NCBI RefSeq assembly: GCF_037042905.1
Contig: NC_087263.1
Coordinates: 10,914,001-10,978,000 of the forward strand
Reading direction: 5' to 3'
Length of the DNA stretch: 64,000 nt
Source: Lytechinus pictus
Taxonomy: Eukaryota
Part shown: piece by piece, positions 25,026-39,100 of the stretch
How the letters are laid out: each line of letters opens with the position of its first letter
Position numbering within the stretch: position 1 is the first letter of the stretch
The notes under the pieces: model-generated
Told to the model about the DNA's origin: nothing
Database searches by the model: none
What the model saw: only the letters and a program-made list of their open reading frames with translations
Made by a program: the position numbers and the translations under genes

Positions 25026-25406
25026 TTCACCAATACGGCGATGCCTTAAATACCGTGCGCATAAATTACTTTTAAATATTTGTGAAACGCCCCTGATGTT
25101 CAAGCGGTTTGAAGTCCTGGACATTGCTATGAGTGAAGAAAGAAGCAAGCATACCTGTGATTCACTTCAAAGAGAGATTTAATTGGCTGAATCCCAAAGA
25201 TGCAGCTCTGTTATATTCCCAGTGCTTTTCAAATCAACTGGTCTCAGCCAACTGTAATCACCCCCCAAGCTCTGGACAGGTTTACTCTAATTTACCAAGT
25301 ATTGAAATTCCTGGTTTCGCGCTAACATGGAATACATTGTAGGCCAGTGCGTCCCAGGAAAAAGGAAACCCGCTTGTAGAGATATATTTCACAATCATTA
25401 GATATG

Positions 25407-26375
25407 TTTTTGTCTCACCTGCATAGCAGAGTGAGACTATAGGCGCCGCTTTTCCGTCAACACCAAATCATAAACGAAGGTTAAGTTTTTGAAATGTCAT
25501 CATAACATAGAAAATAAATAGACCTAGTTCATGAAACTTAGACATACGGATAATCAAGTATTACTAAACATCCTGCATGAATTTCACGTCACATGACCGA
25601 GGTCAAAGGTCATTTAGGGTCAATGAACTTTGGCCAAATTGGGGGTATCTGTTGAATTACCATCATAACTTTAAAAGTTTATGAATCTGATTCATGAAAC
25701 TTGGACATAAGAGTAAACAAGTATCACTAAACATCCTGTGTAAGTTTCAAGTCACATGATTAAGGTCAAAGATCATTTAGGGTCAATGAACTTTGGCCAA
25801 ATTGGGGTATTTGTTGAATTACCATAACTTTGAAAGTATATTGGTCTAGTTCATAAAACCTGGACATAAGAGTAATAAAGTATCACTGAACATCCTTTGC
25901 GAATTTCAGGTTACATGACCAACGTCAACGGTCAATGAACTTTGGCAATATGGGGATATCTGTTGAATTACCATAATAACTTTGAAAGTTTATGGATCTG
26001 ATCCAGGAAACTTGGAAATGGAAGTAATCAAGTATTCTTGAAGAGCCCGTCAAATTTTCAGGTCACATGACCAATGTCAAAAGGTCATTTAAGTTCATTG
26101 AACTTCTGCCATTTTAGAGGTAATCATTAGATTGCTGTCATAACTTTCAGAGCTTATGAAAATAGTGTATGAAATGTGGATATAGGGGTAATCAAGTATC
26201 ACTGAAAAGTTTTATGTCACATGATCAAGGTCAAATGTCAATGATCGTAGTATTGTATCATTATATGAATGGCATTTTTTTTTAATAATGATTTTATAGT
26301 AGTTTTCAAAGTCAGCACTGCTACTATATTGAATCGCGTGATGCAGGTGAGACTACCAGAGGCATTCCACTTGTT
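25407..26375 (+). mobile_element. Complete Helentron-associated (HINE-like) element with ~160 bp internal tandem repeats
   Basis: 5' ttttt-gtctcacctgcat and 3' atgcaggtgagac subterminal inverted repeats; 5' hairpin gtctcac...gtgagac; ends in cttgtt; about five repeats containing aggtcaaaggtca (catgaaac-type marker at 25530, 25693, 25852, 26004, 26168). Confidence 0.8.
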
Positions 26376-26693
26376 ACTATAAATGTCATACTTATGGTAA
26401 GAGTGGAGTCTCATCTTTAATTTGATACCAAACGCTTAGCAAATCGTCCACGCATGGCAGGTTAAAAGCAATTAAATAAAATATTAAGTGATATCAGAAA
26501 CCATTTACGCAGAACCTCACGTGCGACTCTGAATCCACTCTCATTCCAAGTTTACTAACCCGATTAAATCCATTATTAATGTTTGTACAGAATATCTACT
26601 AATTACATAGAGTGATTATAAATTAAGGTGTATCGGTAAATCATCAATTAAAGTTGTGACAGCAATCTAATAATTACCTCGAAAAGGGCTAAC

Positions 26694-27443
26694 GTTCAAT
26701 GACCTTAAAATGACATTTGACCTTGGTCATGTGACCTGAAACTTGCACAGGATGTTTAATGATACTTGATTACTCTTATGTCCAAGTTTCATGAATCACA
26801 TTTATAAACTTTCAAAGATTACACATACCCCCATCTTGGCCAAAGTTCGTTGACCTTAAATGACCTTTGACCTTGATCATGTGACCTGAAACCCACACAG
26901 GATGTTTAGTGATACTTGATTATTCTTATGTCCAAGTTTCATGAACTAGGTCAATATAATTTTTAAAGGTATGCTGTCATTTCAAATACTTAACCTTCGG
27001 ATGAGATTTGGTGTTGTTACGATGGTAATTTAACAGAAACCCCAACATGGCCAAAGTTCATTGACCTTTGACCTTGGTCATGTGACCTGAAACTCGCACA
27101 GGATGTTCAACGATACTTGATTACTCTTATGTCCAAGTTTCATAAATCCGATTAATAAATTTTTCAAAGTTATGATGGTAATTCAACAGATATCCCCAAC
27201 TTGGACAAAGTTCATTGACCCTAAATGACCTTTGACCTTGGTCATGTGACTTGAGACTCAAGCAGGATGTTTAGTAATACTTTATTACCTTATGGCCAAG
27301 TTTCATGAACTAGGTCAATATAATTTATAAAGTTATGCTGTCATTTCAAATACTTAACCTTCGGATGAGATTTGGTGTTGACGCCACCGCCGTCAAAAAA
27401 GCGGCGCCTATAGTCTCACTCTGCTTCGCGGGTGAGTCAAAAA
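26694..27443 (-). mobile_element. 3'-truncated HINE-like element
   Basis: Reverse-complement 5' end gcggcgcctatagtctcactctgcttcgcgggtgagtcaaaaa plus tgacctttgaccttg repeats; no 3' subterminal repeat seen. Confidence 0.8.
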
Positions 27444-28844
27444 ATGTACATATAAAAATGTTACTGGGCATGGCTTTTTACCTGCAATTTAAGGGCAAAG
27501 CCCGGTAGGTACATAATTCACAGGCCACTATCTCCCAGCCATAATTTAAGTATTACAAAAAAACTAAATATAAAAAATGTATATATAAAAATATAACTGG
27601 GTGTGGCCTTTTACCTACAATTTAATGGAGTAAGCCCGGTAGGTACATAATGAACAGGCCAATATCTCCTAGCCAGAATATACTTATTACACAAACTAAA
27701 TATTAAAAAGATGTATATCTAAAAAAATATAACTGTGCATGGCCGTCACCTACAATTTAAGGCGCAAAGCCCAGTAGGTACATAATTCACATGCCATCAT
27801 CTCGCAGCCAGAATTTAGGTATTACTAAAGCTAAATATTAAAAAAATGTATATATAAAAATATAACTGGGTGTGGCCGTTCACCTACAATTTAAGGGGCA
27901 AAGCCCAGTAGGTACATAATTCACAGGCCACCATCTCCCAGCCAGAATTAAGGTATTACTACAGCTAAATATTTAAAAAAATGTATAATTTTTTTAAAAA
28001 ATATAACTGGGTGTGGCCCTTTACCTACAATTTAAGGGGGTAAGCTCGGTAGGTACACAATTCCCAGGCCACCATCTCCCAGCCAGATTCTAATTATTAC
28101 ATAAACAAAATATTTAAAAAAAAATTATATATAAAAATGTAACTGGGCGTGGCCGTTCACCTACAATTTAAGGGGCAAAGCCCGGTAGGTACATAATTCA
28201 CAGACCACCATCTCCCAGATAGAATCTACTGATTACAGAAACTAAATATAAAAAAATGAATACATAAAAATGTAACTGGGCGTGGCCGTTCACCTACAAT
28301 CCAAGGAGCAAAGCCCGGTAAGTACATGATTCACAGGCCACCATCTCCCAGATAGAATCTACTGGTTACAGAAACTAAATATTAAAAAAATGAATACATA
28401 AAAATATAACTGGGTGTGGCCGTTAACCTACAATTTAAGGGGCAAAGCCCGGTAGGTACATAATTCACAGGCCACCATCCCCCAGATAGAATCTACTGGT
28501 TACAGAAACTAAATATTAAAAAAATGAATACATAAAAATATAACTGGGTGTGGCCGTTCACCTACAATTTAAGGGGCAAAGCCCGGTAGGTACATAATTC
28601 ACAGGCCACCATCTCCCAGATAGAATTTAGGTATTACTAAAGCTAAATTTAAAAAAAATGTATATATGAAAATATAACTGGGTGTGGCTGTTCACCTACA
28701 ATTTAAGGGGCAAAGCCCGGTAGGTACATAATTCACAGGCCACCATCTCCCAGCAAGAATCTACGTTTTAAAGAAACTAAATTTAAAAAAAAAATGTATA
28801 TATATAAAAAAGTAACTTGGCAAGGCCTTTCACCTACAATTTAA

Positions 28845-28915
28845 AGGGATGGTCCGGGCTGAAAATATTTATATCCAAATAAATAGAATAAAATTCGCAG
28901 TGCGAAATGCGGCAA
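28845..28915 (+). mobile_element. 71 bp Kolobok-like terminal fragment inside a satellite monomer (copy 1)
   Basis: ttaa|agggatggtccgggctgaaaatatttatatc...; inserted at the monomer's TTAA. Confidence 0.65.
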
Positions 28916-29452
28916 AAGGGGCAAAGCCCGGCAGGTACATAATTCATAGGCCACCATCTCCCAGATAGAATCTACTGATTACAGAAACTAAATATTAAAA
29001 AAAATTAATACATAAAATGTAACTGGGCGCGGCCGTTCACCTACAATCCAAGGAGCAAAGCCCGGTAAGTACATAATTCACAGGCCACCATCTCCCAGCC
29101 AGATTCTAATTATTACATAAACTAAATATTTAAAAAAATTGTATATATAAAATGTAACTGGGCGTGGCCGTTCACCTACAATTTAAAGGACAAAGCCCGG
29201 TAGGTACACAATTCCCAGGCCACCATCTCCAAGCCAGAATTTAGGTATTACAAGACTAAATATATAAAAAAATGTATACATACAAATGTAACTGGGCGTG
29301 GCCGTTCACCTACAATTTAAGGGGCAAAGCCCGGTAGATACATAATTCACAGGACACCATCTCCCAGCCAGAATCTACTTATTACAGAACCGAAATATAA
29401 ACAAATGTATATATAAAATGTAACTTGGCATGGCCTTTCACCTACAATTTAA

Positions 29453-29523
29453 AGGGATGGTCCGGGCTGAAAATATTTATATCTCAATAAATAGAATAAA
29501 ATTCGCAGTGCGAAATGCGGCAA
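29453..29523 (+). mobile_element. 71 bp Kolobok-like terminal fragment (copy 2)
   Basis: Same sequence and junctions as copy 1, 608 bp downstream. Confidence 0.65.
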
Positions 29524-30057
29524 AAGGGGCAAAGCCCGGCAGGTACATAATTCACAGGCTACCATCTCCCAGATAGAATCTACTGATTACAGAAACTAAA
29601 TATTTAAAAAAATTAATACATAAAATGTAACTGGGCGTGGCCGTTCACCTACATCCAAGGAGCAAAGCCCGGTAAGTACATAATTCACAGGCCACCATCT
29701 CCCAGCCAGATTCTAATTATTACATAAACTAAATATTTAAAAAAAATGTATATATAAAATGTAACTGGGCGTGGCCGTTCACCTACAATTTAAAGGGCAA
29801 AGCCCGGTAGATACATAATTCACAGGACACCATCTCCCAGCCAGAATCTACTTATTACAGAACCGAAATATAAAAAAATGTATATATAAAAAGTAACTGG
29901 GCGTGGCCGTTCACTTACAATTTAAGGGGCAAAGCCCAGTAGGTACATAATTCACAGGACACCATCTCCCAGCCAGAATCTACTTATTACAGAACCGAAA
30001 TATAAAAAAATGTATATATAAAATGTAACTTGGCATGGCCTTTCACCTACAATTTAA

Positions 30058-30128
30058 AGGGATGGTCCGGGCTGAAAATATTTATATCTCAATAAATAGA
30101 ATAAAATTCGCAGTGCGAAATGCGGCAA
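30058..30128 (+). mobile_element. 71 bp Kolobok-like terminal fragment (copy 3)
   Basis: Same sequence and junctions, 605 bp after copy 2. Confidence 0.65.
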
Positions 30129-33100
30129 AAGGGGCAAAGCCCGGCAGGTACATAATTCACAGGCTACCATCTCCCAGATAGAATCTACTGATTACAGAAA
30201 CTAAATATTAAAAAAAATTAATACATAAAATGTAACTGGGCGTGGCCGTTCACCTACAATCCAAGGAGCAAAGCCCGGTAAGTACATAATTCACAGGCCA
30301 CCATCTCCCAGCCAGATTCTAATTATTACATAAACTAAATATTACAAAAAAATGTATATATAAAATGTAACTGGGCGTGGCCGTTCACCTACAATTTAAG
30401 GGGCAAAGCCCGGTAGGTACACAAATCCCAGGCCACCATCTCCCAGCCAGAATTTAGGTATTACAAAAAGTAAATATATAAAAAAATGTATACATACAAA
30501 TGTAACTGGGCGTGGCCGTTCACCTACAATTTGAGGGGCAAAGCCCGGTAGGTACATAATTCACAGGACACCATCTCCCAGCCAGAATCTACTTATTACA
30601 GAACCGAAATATAAAAAAATGTATATATAAAAAGTAACTGGGCGTGGCCGTTCACTTACAATTTAAGGGGCATAACCCGGTAGGTACATAATTCACGGGC
30701 CACCATCTCCCAGCCAGATTCTACTTATTACATGAACTAAATATTTAAAAAAAAATATATATAAAAATGTAACTGGGCGTGGCCGTTCACCTAAAATCCA
30801 AGGAGCAAAGCCCGGTAAGTACATAATTCACAGGCCACCATCTCCCAGCCAGATTATAATAATTACATAAACTAGATATTTAAAAAATGTATATATAAAA
30901 TGTAACTGGGCGTGGCCATTCACCTACAATTTAAGGGGCAAAGCCCGGTAGGTACACAATTCCCAGGCCACAATCTCCCAGCCAGAATTTAGGTATTACA
31001 AACACAAAAATATATAAAAAAATGTTTACATACAAATGTAACTGGGCGTGGCCGTTCACCTACAATTTAAGAGGCATAGCCCGGTAGGTACATAATTCAC
31101 AGGCCACCATCTCCAAGCCAGATTCTAATTATTACATAAACTAAATATCTAAAAAAAAAATTAAATATGTAACCGGGCGTGGCAATTCACCTACAATTTA
31201 AGGGGCAAAGCCCGGTAGGTACATAATTCACAGGCCACCATCTCCCAGATAGAATCTACTGATTACAGAAACTAAATATAAAAAAAATGAATACATAAAA
31301 ATGTAACTGGGCGTGGCCGTTCACCTAAAATTTAAGGGGCAAAGCCCGGTAGGTACATATTTCACAGGCCACCATCTCCCAGCCAGATTCTAATTATTAC
31401 ATAAACTAAATATTACAAAAAAATGTATATATAAAATGTAACTGGGCGTGGCCGTTCACCTACAATTTAAGGGGCAAAGCCCGGTAGGTACACAATTCCC
31501 AGGCCACCATCTCCCAGCCAGAATTTAGGTATTACAAAAAGTAAATATATAAAAAAATGTATACATACAAATGTAACTGGGCGTGGCCGTTCACCTACAA
31601 TTTGAGGGGCAAAGCCCGGTAGGTACATAATTCACAGGACACCATCTCCCAGCCAGAATCTACTTATTACAGAATCGAAATATAAAAAAATGTATATATA
31701 AAATGTAACTGGGCGTGGCCGTTCACCTACAATTTAAGAGGCATAGCCCGGTAGGTACATAATTCACGGGCCACCATCTCCCAGCCAGATTCTAATTATT
31801 ACATAAACTAAATATCTAAAAAAAAATTATATATATAACCGGGCGTGGCAATTCACCTACAATTTAAGGGGCAAAGCCCGGTAGGTACATAATTCACAGG
31901 CCACCATCTCCCATATAGAATCTACTGATTACAGAAACTAAATATAAAAAAAATGAATACATAAAAATGTAACTGGGCGTGGCCGTTCACCTAAAATCCA
32001 AGGAGCAAAGACCAGTAAGTACATAATTCACAGTCCACCATCTCCCAGCCAGATTCTAATTATTACATAAACTAAATATTTAAAAAAAATGTATATATAA
32101 AAATGTAACCGGGCGTGGCCGTTCACCTACAATTTAAGGGGCAAAGCCCGGTAGGTACATAATTCACAGGCCACCATCTCCAAGCCAGATTCTAATTATT
32201 ACATAAAACTAAAAAAAAAAAAATAATAAATATGTAACTGGGCGTGGCCGTTTACCTACAATTTAAGGGGCAAAGCCCGGTAGGTACATAATTCACAGGC
32301 CACCATCTCCCAGATAGAATCTACTGATTACAGAAACTAAATATAAAAAAACGAATGCATAAAAATGTAACTGGGCGTGGCCGTTCACCTAAAATCCAAG
32401 GAGCAAAGACCAGTAAGTACATAATTCACAGTCCACCATCTCCCAGCCAGATTCTAATTATTACATAAACTAAATATTTAAAAAAAAATGTATATATAAA
32501 AATGTAACCGGGCGTGGCCGTTCACCTACAATTTAAGGGGCAAAGCCCGGTAGGTACATAATTCACAGGCCACCATCTCCCAGATAGAATCTACTGATTA
32601 CAGAAACTAAATATAAAAAAAATGAATACATAAAAATGTAACTGGGCGTGGCCGTTCACCTGAAATTTAAAGGGCAAAGCCCGGTAGGTACATATTTCAC
32701 AGGCCACCATCTCCCAGCCAGATTCTAATTATTACATGAACTAAATATATTTAAAAAAATGTATACATACAAATGTAACTGGGCGTGGCCGTTCACCTAC
32801 AATTAAGGGGCAAAGCCCGGTAGGTACATAATTCACAGGACACCATCTCCCAGCCAGAATCTACTTATTACAGAATCGAAATATAAAAAAATGTATATAT
32901 AAAATGTAACTGGGCGTGGCCGTTCACCTACAATTTAAGAGGCATAGCCCGGTAGGTACATAATTCCTGGGCCACCATCTCCCAGCCAGATTCTAATTAT
33001 TACATAAACTAAATATTAAAAAAAAATAATATATAAAAATGTAACTGGGCGTGGCCGTTCACCTACAATTTAAGGGGCAAAGCCCGGTAGGTACACAATT

Positions 33101-36100
33101 CCCAGGCCACCATCTCCCAGCCAGATTCTAATTATTACATAACACTAAATATTAAAAAAAAATTAAATATGTAACTGGGCGTGGCCGTTCACCTAAAATC
33201 CAAGGAGCAAAGACCAGTAAGTACATAATTCACAGGCCACCATCTCCCAGCCAGATTCTAATTATTACATGAACTAAATATTAAAAAAAAATGTATATAT
33301 AAAAATGTAACCGGGCGTGGCCGTTCACCTACAATTTAAGGGGCAAAGCCCGGTAGGTACATAATTCACAGGCCACCATCTCCCAGATAGAATCTACTGA
33401 TTACAGAAACTAAATATAAAACAAATGAATACATAAAAATGTAACTGGGCGTGGCCGTTCACCTAAAATTTAAGGGGCAAAGCCCGGTAGGTACATATTT
33501 CACAGGCAACCATCTCCCAGCCAGATTCTAATTATTACATGAACTTAATATTTAAAAAAAATGTATATATAAAATGTAACTGGGCGTGGCCGTTCACCTA
33601 CAATTTAAGGGGCAAAGCCCGGTAGGTACACAACTCCCAGGCCACCATCTCCCAGCCAGAATTTAGGTATTACAAAAACTAAATATATAAAAAATGTATA
33701 CATACAAATGTAACTGGGCGTGGCGTTCACCTACAATTTAAGGGGCAAAGCCCGGTAGGTACATAATTCACAAGACACCATCTCCCAGCCAGAATCTACT
33801 TATTACAGAATCGAAATATAAAAAAAATGTATATATAAAATGTAACTGGGCGTGGCCGTTCACCTACAATTTAAGAGGCATAGCCCGGTAGGTACATAAT
33901 TCACGGGCCACCATCTCCCAGCCAGATTCTAATTATTACATAAACTAAATATTTAAAAAATAATAATATATAAAAATGTAACTGGGCGTGGCCGTTCACC
34001 TACAATTTAAGGGGCAAAGCCCGGTAGGTACATAATTCACAGGCCACCATCTCCCAGATAGAATCTACTGATTACAGAAACTAAATATAAGAAATGAAAA
34101 CATAAAAATGTAACTGGGCGTGACCGTTCACCTACAATCCAAGGAGCAAAGCCCGGTATGTACATAATTCACAGGCCACCATCTCCCAACAAGATTCAAA
34201 TTATTACATAAACCAGATATAAACAAAAAATGTATATATAAAATGTAACTGGGCGTGGCCATTCACCTACAATTGAAGGGGCAAAGCCCGGTAGGTACAC
34301 AATTCCCAGGCCACCATCTCCCAGCCAGATTCTAATTATTACATAAAACTAAATAAAAATAAAAAATTAAATATGTAACTGGGCGTGGCCGTTTACCTAC
34401 AATTTAAGGGGCAAAGCCCGGTAGGTACATAATTCACAGGCCACCATCTCCCAGATAGAATCTACTGATTACAGAAACTAAATATAAAAAAACGAATGCA
34501 TAAAAATGTAACTGGGCGTGGCCGTTCACCTAAAATCCAAGGAGCAAAGACCAGTAAGTACATAATTCACAGTCCACCATCTCCCAGCCAGATTCTAATT
34601 ATTACATAAACTAAATATTTAAAAAAAATGTATATATAAAAATGTAACCGGGCGTGGCCGTTCACCTACAATTTAAGGGGCAAAGCCCGGTAGGTACATA
34701 ATTCACAGGCCACCATCTCCCAGATAGAATCTACTGATTACAGAAACTAAATATAAAACAAATGAATACATAAAAATGTAACTGGGCGTGGCCGTTCACC
34801 TGAAATTTAAGGGGCAAAGCCCGGTAGGTACATATTTCACAGGCCACCATCTCCCAGCCAGATTCTAATTATTACATGAACTTAATATTTAAAAAAAATG
34901 TATATATAAAATGTAACTGGGCGTGGCCGTTCACCTACAATTTAAGGGGCAAAGCCCGGTAGGTACACAACTCCCAGGCCACCATCTCCCAGCCAGAATT
35001 TAGGTATTACAAAAACTAAATATATAAAAAATGTATACATACAAATGTAACTGGGCGTGGCGTTCACCTACAATTTAAGGGGCAAAGCCCGGTAGGTACA
35101 TAATTCACAAGACACCATCTCCCAGCCAGAATCTACTTATTACGGAATCGAAATATAAAAAAATGTATATATAAAATGTAACTTGGCGTGGCCGTTCACT
35201 TACAATTTAAGGGGCATAACCCGGTAGGTACATCATTCACGGGCCACCATCTCCCAGCCAGATTCTAATTATTACAATAAACTAAATATTAAAAAAAAAT
35301 AATATATAAAAATGTAACTGGGCGTGGCCGTTCACCTACAATTTAAGGGGCAAAGCCCGGTAGGTACATAATTCACAAGCCACCATCTCCCAGATAGAAT
35401 CTACTGATTACAGAAACTAAATATAAAAAATGAAAACATAAAAATGTAACTGGGCGTGACCGTTCACCTACAATCCAAGGAGCAAAGCCCGGAATGTACA
35501 TAATTCACAAGCCACCATCTCCCAGCAAGATTCAAATTATTACATAAACCAGATATAAAAAAAAATTGTATATATAAAATGTAACTGGGCGTGGCCAGTC
35601 ATCTACAATTTAAGAGGCAAAGCCCGGTAGGTACACACTTCCCAGGCCACCATCTCCCAGCCAGATTCTAATTATTACATAAAACTAAATAAATAAAAAA
35701 ATTAAATATGTAACTGGGCATGGCCGTTCACCTAAAATCCAAGGAGCAAAGACCAGTAAGTACATAATTCACAGGCCACCATCTCCCAGATAGAATCTAC
35801 TGATTACATAAACTAAATATAAAACAAATGAATACATAAAAATATAACTGGGTGTGACCGTTCACCTACAATTTAAGGGGCAAAGCCCGGTAGGTACATA
35901 ATTCACAGGCCACCATCTCCCAGACAGAATCTACGTATTACAGAAAGTAAATATTAAGAAATGTATATCTAAAAATGTAATTGGGCGTGGCTTTCACCTA
36001 CAATTTAAGGGACAAAGCCTGGTAGGTACACAATTCACAAGCCACCATCTCCCAGCCAGAACATACTTACACTGTATTACAGAAACTAAATATTAAAAAA

Positions 36101-39100
36101 AGTGTATATATAGAAATATAACTGGGTGTGGATTTTCACCTACATGTACAATTTAAGGGGCAAAGCCGGGTAGGTACATAATTCACAGGCCACCATCTCC
36201 CAGATAGAATCTACTGATTACAGAAACTAAATATAAGAAATGAAAACATAAAAATGTAACTGGGCGTGACCGTTCACCTACAATCCAAGGAGCAAAGCCC
36301 GGTATGTACATAATTCACAGGCCACCATCTCCCAACAAGATTCAAATTATTACATAAACCAGATATAAACAAAAAATGTATATATAAAATGTAACTGGGC
36401 GTGGCCATTCACCTACAATTGAAGGGGCAAAGCCCGGTAGGTACACAATTCCCAGGCCACCATCTCCCAGCCAGATTCTAATTATTATATAAAACTAAAT
36501 AAAAATAAAAAATTAAATATGTAACTGGGCGTGGCCGTTTACCTACAATTTAAGGGGCAAAGCCCGGTAGGTACATAATTCACAGGCCACCATCTCCCAG
36601 ATAGAATCTACTGATTACAGAAACTAAATATAAAAAAACGAATGCATAAAAATGTAACTGGGCGTGGCCGTTCACCTAAAATCCAAGGAGCAAAGACCAG
36701 TAAGTACATAATTCACAGTCCACCATCTCCCAGCCAGATTCTAATTATTACATAAACTAAATATTTAAAAAAAATGTATATATAAAAATGTAACCGGGCG
36801 TGGCCGTTCACCTACAATTTAAGGGGCAAAGCCCGGTAGGTACATAATTCACAGGCCACCATCTCCCAGATAGAATCTACTGATTACAGAAACTAAATAT
36901 AAAACAAATGAATACATAAAAATGTAACTGGGCGTGGCCGTTCACCTGAAATTTAAGGGGCAAAGCCCGGTAGGTACATATTTCACAGGCCACCATCTCC
37001 CAGCCAGATTCTAATTATTACATGAACTTAATATTTAAAAAAAAATGTATATATAAAATGTAACTGGGCGTGGCCGTTCACCTACAATTTAAGGGGCAAA
37101 GCCCGGTAGGTACACAACTCCCAGGCCACCATCTCCCAGCCAGAATTTAGGTATTACAAAAACTAAATATATAAAAAATGTATACATACAAATGTAACTG
37201 GGCGTGGCGTCCACCTACAATTTAAGGGGCAAAGCCCGGTAGGTACATAATTCACAAGACACCATCTCCCAGCCAGAATCTACTTATTACAGAATCGAAA
37301 TATAAAAAAATGTATATATAAAATGTAACTGGGCGTGGCTGTTCACCTACAATTTAAGAGGCATAGCCCGGTAGGTACATAATTCACGGGCCACCATCTC
37401 CCAGCCAGATTCTAATTATTACATAAACTAAATATTTAAAAGATAATAATATATAAAAATGTAACTGGGCGTGGCCGTTCACCTACAATTTAAGGGGCAA
37501 AGCCCGGTAGGTACATAATTCACAGGCCACCATCTCCCAGATAGAATCTACTGATTACAGAAACTAAATATAAAAAATGAAAACATAAAAATGTAACTGG
37601 GCGTGACCGTTCACCTACAATCCAAGGAGCAAAGCCCGGTATGTACATAATTCACAGGCCACCATCTCCCAACAAGATTCAAATTATTACATAAACCAGA
37701 TATAAACAAAAAATGTATATATAAAATGTAACTGGGCGTGGCCATTCACCTACAATTTAAGGGGCAAAGCCCGGTAGGTACACAATTCCCAGGCCACCAT
37801 CTTCCAGCCAGATTCTAATTATTACATAAAACTAAATAAAAATAAAAAATTAAATATGTAACTGGGCGTGGCCGTTTACCTACAATTTAAGGGGCAAAGC
37901 CCGGTAGGTACATAATTCACAGGCCACCATCTCCCAGATAGAATCTACTGATTACAGAAACTAAATATAAAAAAACGAATGCATAAAAATGTAACTGGGC
38001 GTGGCCGTTCACCTAAAATCCAAGGAGCAAAGACCACTAAGTACATAATTCACAGTCCACCATCTCCCAGCCAGATTCTAATTATTACATAAACTAAATA
38101 TTTAAAAAAAATGTATATATAAAAATGTAACCGGGCGTGGCCGTTCACCTACAATTTAAGGGGCAAAGCCCGGTAGGTACATAATTCACAGGCCACCATC
38201 TCCCAGATAGAATCTACTGATTACAGAAACTAAATATAAAACAAATGAATACATAAAAATGTAACTGGGCGTGGCCGTTCACCTGAAATTTAAGGGGCAA
38301 AGCCCGGTAGGTACATATTTCACAGGCCACCATCTCCCAGCCAGATTCTAATTATTACATGAACTTAATATTTAAAAAAAATGTATATATAAAATGTAAC
38401 TGGGCGTGGCCGTTCACCTACAATTTAAGGGGCAAAGCCCGGTAGGTACACAACTCCCAGGCCACCATCTCCCAGCCAGAATTTAGGTATTACAAAAACT
38501 AAATATATAAAAAATGTATACATACAAATGTAACTGGGCGTGGCGGTTCACCTACAATTTAAGGGGCAAAGCCCGGTAGGTACATAATTCACAGGCCACC
38601 ATCTCCCAGATAGAATCTACTGATTACAGAAACTAAATATAAAACAAATGAATACATAAAAATGTAACTGGGCGTGGCCGTTCACCTGAAATTTAAGGGG
38701 CAAAGCCCGGTAGGTACATATTTCACAGGCCACCATCTCCCAGCCAGATTCTAATTATTACATGAACTTAATATTTAAAAAAAATGTATATATAAAATGT
38801 AACTGGGCGTGGCCGTTCACCTACAATTTAAGGGGCAAAGCCCGGTAGGTACACAACTCCCAGGCCACCATCTCCCAGCCAGAATTTAGGTATTACAAAA
38901 ACTAAATATATAAAAAATGTATACATACAAATGTAACTGGGCGTGGCGGTTCACCTACAATTTAAGGGGCAAAGCCCGGTAGGTACATAATTCACAAGAC
39001 ACCGTCTCCCAGCCAGAATCTACTTATTACAGAACCGAAATATAAAAAAATGTATATATAAAATGTAACTTGGCGTGGCCGTTCACTTACAATTTAAGGG

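Noticed and set aside
28141..28273. Known self-cleaving ribozyme in the satellite monomer (aagcccgg twister-like, cgttcac HDV-like, ctgattacagaaac hammerhead-like)
   Set aside because: Each is a partial word match only: no twister pseudoknot partners, no HDV P3 pairing, and no hammerhead stem II or G8.
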